A stretch of 63,346 nucleotides of DNA, the filler included, from Asterionella formosa (lineage: Eukaryota): assembly GCA_002256025.1 (NCBI GenBank). It is 18 parts of 18 records of this genome, joined end to end, with 100 filler letters (N's around TTAATTAATTAA, not from the genome) between each part and the next. Parts side by side here need not be neighbours in the genome. Positions count along the whole stretch, not along the records: positions 61,475 to 63,346 come from NKIB01000967.1; 17 more parts are not named here. The stretch is one strand, 5' to 3'. Shown piece after piece: positions 61,887 to 63,346 of this stretch (its first letter is position 1; each line of letters begins with the position of its first letter). Below the pieces are notes generated by a model. The model was not told the origin of the DNA, ran no database searches, and saw nothing but the letters and a program-made list of their open reading frames with translations. The translations under genes and the position numbers were made by a program.

Positions 61887-63346
61887 TGTTGAAAGGTCTC
61901 GTACTCCTTCCCGTCTGACGGGTTCCTCTTACGTAGAACTTACCTGCTATACCACTAGTATTGTTATCTTCTTTCTGCTGCTAGCCTTCGTGCTAGTTTT
62001 CGCTATTGACCTTACTCTGTCAATTCTCACTGTTTCTTAATTATAAGATTAAACTAAAACTAAGTTTCAATCCCATTCATCACACTTCGAGAACCTGTTC
62101 TTCGTGTTCCCTTTTCGTTGATGTAAACCTTCTTCTGATTGATCTAAGACATCAATCTCGTTAGCAAGCTTCTTGACATGGGAACGCACCATTTGACTCA
62201 TTGGACTATAGCCGAGTCCACAGTCCTTGTGACTCATTATAGCCATTGATGCTATATTCTTGACATCCTCCTCGTTACCATGTTCAAGAAGTTCTAAAAT
62301 TGTACCACTCAACACGGGTCCAGATAACCTTGTAAAAATCTGCTCTTTGACATTCTTCGTCAAAATGTCTGCTGGATTGTTTTCTGATCTTAGAAAAACA
62401 ATATGCAACTCACCCTCATCTATCATGTTCTTGACATGATGAAACTTAATATCAATGTGTTTTGTTCTTGTTCCAAGTTGTTGATTCTTCGCTGTGAATA
62501 TTGCACCTGTATTATCCTCATGTAAAATGCTTGGTAGGATATTTTTGCCACCTGTCACTTCGTTGAGTAACATTGCAATAAATTTAATCTCTTGAGCACA
62601 TTGCGACATTGCAACGTATTCTGCTTCTGTGCTTGATAGCGTAACGGATGACTGGCCCTTTGATTGCCAACTGATCAACGCACCACCAATGGTAACCAGA
62701 AAACCCGTAGTACTTTTCCGGCTTACCTTATTAGCAGCCCAGTCACTATCAACATAAGCAATAACCCGCAATTCCTTAGGTTTTCGAATCTTGAGAACTC
62801 TGTCCAATTTGCTTGATAAGAATCCAACAACTCGTGAAATTCCATCCCAGTGTTCTTCGCCTGGACAGCTTAAATACGAAGATAATTCACGTACTGCATT
62901 GGCACAGTCCGGGGAATCTTTCTTAGTAGACCATAATAGTTTCCCAACAATCTTGCGATATTCCGCCTCCATAATAGTTTCTCCATTATTGGCTCCTAAT
63001 GTTTTTCCTGGTGCTCCTGGTGTCGCATAAGACTTTATCTTCTTACCAGTAAGCATTTCATATTCCAGTAGCATTTCAGTACGAAATTTCTTCAGTTGTA
63101 CTTCCCAGTATTCTCCAAATTTGTCATGCTTGCGCATATATTCCACACCTAAGTGTTTTCGTAGGGGACCTTGTTCCGTGATATTAAAATCCTCCTTGAT
63201 CATATTTTTCATATAGTCGACTGCATTCCTGGTACCACAAATAATTCCATCATCCACGTAGTTTGCCAACAGCCCTTCAATTTGTCCATCGTTGTTACGG
63301 TAGATAAACAACATTGGGTCTATTTCACTTTTCGTTATACCTTTCT
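61887..63346 (-). mobile_element. Copia RT-RNase H (ORF 62067-63346) and 3' LTR (61887-62265)
   Basis: YVDD, DSDWA..RKSTTG, SSTEAEY, EDNTGA, RTKHIDIK, NPADILTK; PPT GAGGAGGA then TGTCAAG...TTTCAACA (379 bp). Confidence 0.96.

Noticed and set aside
1..63346. tRNA or rRNA genes
   Set aside because: None recognised by eye; a covariance-model scan would be needed to exclude them

Overview
Eukaryotic, AT-rich, repeat-dominated DNA, most likely from a diatom or related stramenopile (inferred from short GT-AG introns, diatom-like gene families and CoDi-like Copia elements). It is not one continuous locus. Eighteen contigs are joined by artificial 100-nt linkers (44 N + TTAATTAATTAA + 44 N): seventeen are about 1.87-1.88 kb and one is 29.75 kb (31621-61374). 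Host genes: a secreted alpha-carbonic-anhydrase-like protein lacking Zn ligands, a chitin-binding gene broken by an LTR, a single-pass membrane protein, a CDPK 3' end, a 4-TM protein, an acyltransferase-3 and several hypothetical proteins. Mobile DNA: at least six Copia pieces including one full-length decayed element with a 5-bp TSD, LINE remnants, PIF/Harbinger, Plavaka/CACTA-like and Tc1/pogo-like remnants, and several MITE families. Most interesting signals: (1) an LTR whose primer-binding position is a perfect 14-nt complement of its own predicted transcript 5' end (self-priming), with a U3 copy able to mask the 3' copy; (2) a full-length Copia whose PBS resembles the complement of a tRNA-Arg(CCU) anticodon arm; (3) abundant TA-CCWGG-TA arrays next to TA-flanked MITEs with CCWG ends, possibly stacked excision footprints. 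All family assignments come from motif recognition, not database searches.
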